Positions 61,494-64,000 of a stretch of DNA of 64,000 bases are shown here, piece by piece. The position numbers and the translations under genes were made by a program. This stretch comes from an uncultured cyanobacterium (GTDB lineage: Bacteria; Cyanobacteriota; Cyanobacteriia; Cyanobacteriales; CAWCAG01), in NCBI GenBank assembly GCA_963793425.1, contig CAWCAG010000001.1, positions 32,001 to 96,000 on the forward strand, given 5' to 3'. The notes beneath the pieces are model-generated. The model ran no database searches, had not been told where the DNA came from, and saw only the letters and a program-made list of their open reading frames with translations. Each line of letters begins with the position of its first letter. Within the stretch, counting starts at the first letter, position 1.

Positions 61494-64000
61494 ATGAGTA
61501 AAGAACAAGTCTTTTTCAATCGTATTGTTGATAAGAAGCAACTCAAAAACTTAATGGCCTGGGCTTATACAAATTATGGTAGTGCTAGCTCAGCTCAAAT
61601 GGCAGACCTGCTAAAAGAAATGGGTTTTCGCTATGCTACCCGTGCAGGGGTATCTATTAGTATTGATGATTTGCAAGTACCGCCAGTTAAACGGAAGATG
61701 CTTGAAGAAGCTGAGGCGGAAATCAAAGTTACTGAATCTCGCTATTCTAAAGGGGAAATAACCGAAGTAGAGCGATTCCAAAAAGTAATTGATACTTGGA
61801 ATAGTACTAGTGAAGCCCTTAAAGATGAAGTGGTAACCAACTTCCGTACCACTGATCCTCTTAACTCTGTCTATATGATGGCCTTCTCTGGGGCGCGGGG
61901 CAATCTTTCCCAAGTGCGTCAGCTTGTGGGTATGCGAGGATTGATGGCAGATCCCCAAGGAGAAATCATTGACCTCCCCATTAAAACCAACTTCAGAGAA
62001 GGGCTAACGGTAACAGAATATATTATCTCTTCCTACGGCGCTCGCAAAGGTTTAGTGGATACGGCTCTACGTACTGCGGATTCTGGTTATTTGACCCGAC
62101 GTTTAGTAGATGTATCTCAAGACGTAATTGTCAGGGAAATTGACTGCGGCACTCAACGAAGCATTGAAGCCACTAGTATGCGGGATGGTGAGAGGGTTTT
62201 GATCCCCCTTGGTCACAGACTCTTAGGTCGAGTTCTGGCTGAGGATGTAGTAGACCCTGAAACAGGAGAGGTAATTGCTAAACGGAACAAAATCATCGAC
62301 CAAGACTTATCAGAGAAAATTGGTGCTGTTACTGACGATGTGATGGTACGTTCTCCTTTAACCTGCGAAGCAGCTAGGTCTGTTTGCCAAACCTGTTATG
62401 GTTGGAGCCTAGCCCACGGCTACCCAGTGAATTTAGGAGAAGCCGTAGGGATTATTGCGGCTCAATCCATTGGTGAACCAGGTACTCAGCTAACTATGCG
62501 TACCTTCCATACAGGAGGAGTATTCACAGGAGAAGTGGCTCAACAAATTCGCGCTCCTTTCTCTGGGAAAGTAGAAATTGGTAAAAAACTGCGTACCAGG
62601 GTAGTTCGTACTAACCATGGAGATGAGCGAGAGCAAGTAGAAGTGGCCGGAGATTTGACAATCAAGCCTAGCTCTGGTGGCAAATCTGCTTCTAAAATAT
62701 ATAACTTAACCCCTGGCTCTAGGATTTGGGTCAAACATGGAGATACTGTTACTGAAGGGCAAATGCTAGTAGAACTAGCCGCCGGGAAAAAAGCTCGTTC
62801 TACCGAAAGAGCCGCTAAGAATGTAGCCTCCGACATGACAGGAGAAGTTCTCTTTGACAAACTCGCTGTAGAAGAAAAAACTGACCGCCAAGGCAATACA
62901 ACCCGTAATGTGGTTAGAGGTGGCTTGCTTTGGGTATTGTCTGGAGAAGTATATAACTTGCCTACTGGAGCAGAACCTGTAGTTAAAAATGGTGATGAAA
63001 TCAATCCAGAAACGGTTATTGCTGAAACCAAGCTTTCCAGTGTAGCTGGGGGCATAGTACGCCTTTCTAAGGAAGAAGACAATCGTAATATCGAAATTGT
63101 CAACTCCTCAGTTCAACTCGACGACGGTATTGTCCGACGAGAAAGTAATGGTGGTCGAGAGCAATATGTCATTGAAACAGAGGATGGTCAGCGCTATCTC
63201 CTCAAAGCTACTCCAGGAGCCAAAATTGCTGATCAGCAAATTATCGGCGAACTCATTGACGAACGCTACCATACCAATACCGGAGGTATGGTCAAATACG
63301 CAGGTATAGAGGTAGGGAAGAAAAGCAAAGGCAAGCCAGGCTATGAAGTCATTCAAGGGGGAACTTTAGTTTGGATACCGGAAGAGTGTCACGAAGTTAA
63401 CAAAGATATCTCCCTATTGCAAGTTGAAGATGGTCAGTATGTAGAAGGAGGAACTGAAGTAGTTAAAGATGTCTTTTGTCAAACCTCTGGAGTCGTTGAG
63501 GTTGTTCAAAAAAATGATATTCTTCGGGAAATTGTCATTAAACCAGGGGATCTTCATCTCATTGAAGGGGACATACCCAGCGATGCTGAACCTAGATTAG
63601 TTCAAGCGGGAGAAGAGGTTATTCCTGGGGTTGTATCATCGGAATTACGTTATGCAGACTACCTGGAAACTCCATCAGGAGCAGCCTTACTCTTACGTCC
63701 GGTAGTAGAATATACTATCACCAATGAACCGGAAACTCCCAAAACCAGCTCCCTCAACCAACAAGTTAATCGAGAAATTCAACTAGCTGCTGTACAACGG
63801 CTATTCTACAAAGATGGAGAACGGGTCAAGTCTGTAGAAGGTTTAGAGCTAATGCGGACTCAGCTAGTCTTAGAAATTGGGCATCAGGAAAACGAAGAAA
63901 AACTAGACCGCGCCAACCTTGCTGCGGACTTAGAATTAGTCCCTATTAGTGACAATGAGGAAGATATAGACCAATACAGCTTACAGCTAGTTTGTATAGA
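61494..64000 (+). CDS. rpoC2: DNA-directed RNA polymerase subunit beta' (RpoC2), partial, runs off the window end
   Basis: ATG at 61494 gives [45 protein letters not shown] and [18 protein letters not shown] motifs. Not in the ORF track because no stop codon is in the window. Confidence 0.97.
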   Translation, partial: MSKEQVFFNRIVDKKQLKNLMAWAYTNYGSASSAQMADLLKEMGFRYATRAGVSISIDDLQVPPVKRKMLEEAEAEIKVTESRYSKGEITEVERFQKVIDTWNSTSEALKDEVVTNFRTTDPLNSVYMMAFSGARGNLSQVRQLVGMRGLMADPQGEIIDLPIKTNFREGLTVTEYIISSYGARKGLVDTALRTADSGYLTRRLVDVSQDVIVREIDCGTQRSIEATSMRDGERVLIPLGHRLLGRVLAEDVVDPETGEVIAKRNKIIDQDLSEKIGAVTDDVMVRSPLTCEAARSVCQTCYGWSLAHGYPVNLGEAVGIIAAQSIGEPGTQLTMRTFHTGGVFTGEVAQQIRAPFSGKVEIGKKLRTRVVRTNHGDEREQVEVAGDLTIKPSSGGKSASKIYNLTPGSRIWVKHGDTVTEGQMLVELAAGKKARSTERAAKNVASDMTGEVLFDKLAVEEKTDRQGNTTRNVVRGGLLWVLSGEVYNLPTGAEPVVKNGDEINPETVIAETKLSSVAGGIVRLSKEEDNRNIEIVNSSVQLDDGIVRRESNGGREQYVIETEDGQRYLLKATPGAKIADQQIIGELIDERYHTNTGGMVKYAGIEVGKKSKGKPGYEVIQGGTLVWIPEECHEVNKDISLLQVEDGQYVEGGTEVVKDVFCQTSGVVEVVQKNDILREIVIKPGDLHLIEGDIPSDAEPRLVQAGEEVIPGVVSSELRYADYLETPSGAALLLRPVVEYTITNEPETPKTSSLNQQVNREIQLAAVQRLFYKDGERVKSVEGLELMRTQLVLEIGHQENEEKLDRANLAADLELVPISDNEEDIDQYSLQLVCI

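Noticed and set aside
61611..63356. ORF-track entries in the last 2.5 kb
   Set aside because: They are alternative or antisense frames of rpoC2, which starts at 61494.
56133..64000. Split rpoC and a short Pro-rich insert in RpoB; possible inteins or introns
   Set aside because: The rpoC1/rpoC2 split is standard in cyanobacteria. Lengths are typical and no intein motifs or frame breaks were seen.

Overview
Chromosomal DNA from a cyanobacterium. The evidence is frequent HIP1 octamers (GCGATCGC), split rpoC1/rpoC2, and Uma2/DUF29 families. From left to right the window holds: (1) a Uma2 tail, DUF29, and a UPF0175/PIN toxin-antitoxin pair truncated at a TnpB (IS200/IS605) remnant; (2) an AT-rich Wzx/Wzy polysaccharide cluster with a sulfotransferase and three methyltransferases, one of them broken by a 98-bp MITE; (3) a dense block of Uma2/DUF29/DUF4058-type nuclease-fold genes; (4) mixed genes (YcjF-like GTPase, a filamentous-haemagglutinin protein with 7 x 55-aa repeats, ispG, cysH, TetR, an M16 peptidase pair, TerB-C, yqeG, mltG); (5) the best candidate for an undescribed system: HTH-TIR-AAA_35 followed by AAA_35 with four GAF domains and no output domain, divergent from an HD phosphohydrolase, with a CRP-like site between them; (6) tsaB, an orphan dndE bracketed by MITE-like ends, ptrB, a hybrid kinase, and the conserved hisD-rpsT-tatD-rpoB-rpoC1-rpoC2 region (rpoC2 runs off the end). 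No tRNA, rRNA or CRISPR array was seen. All family calls come from recognising motifs by eye; no database search was run.
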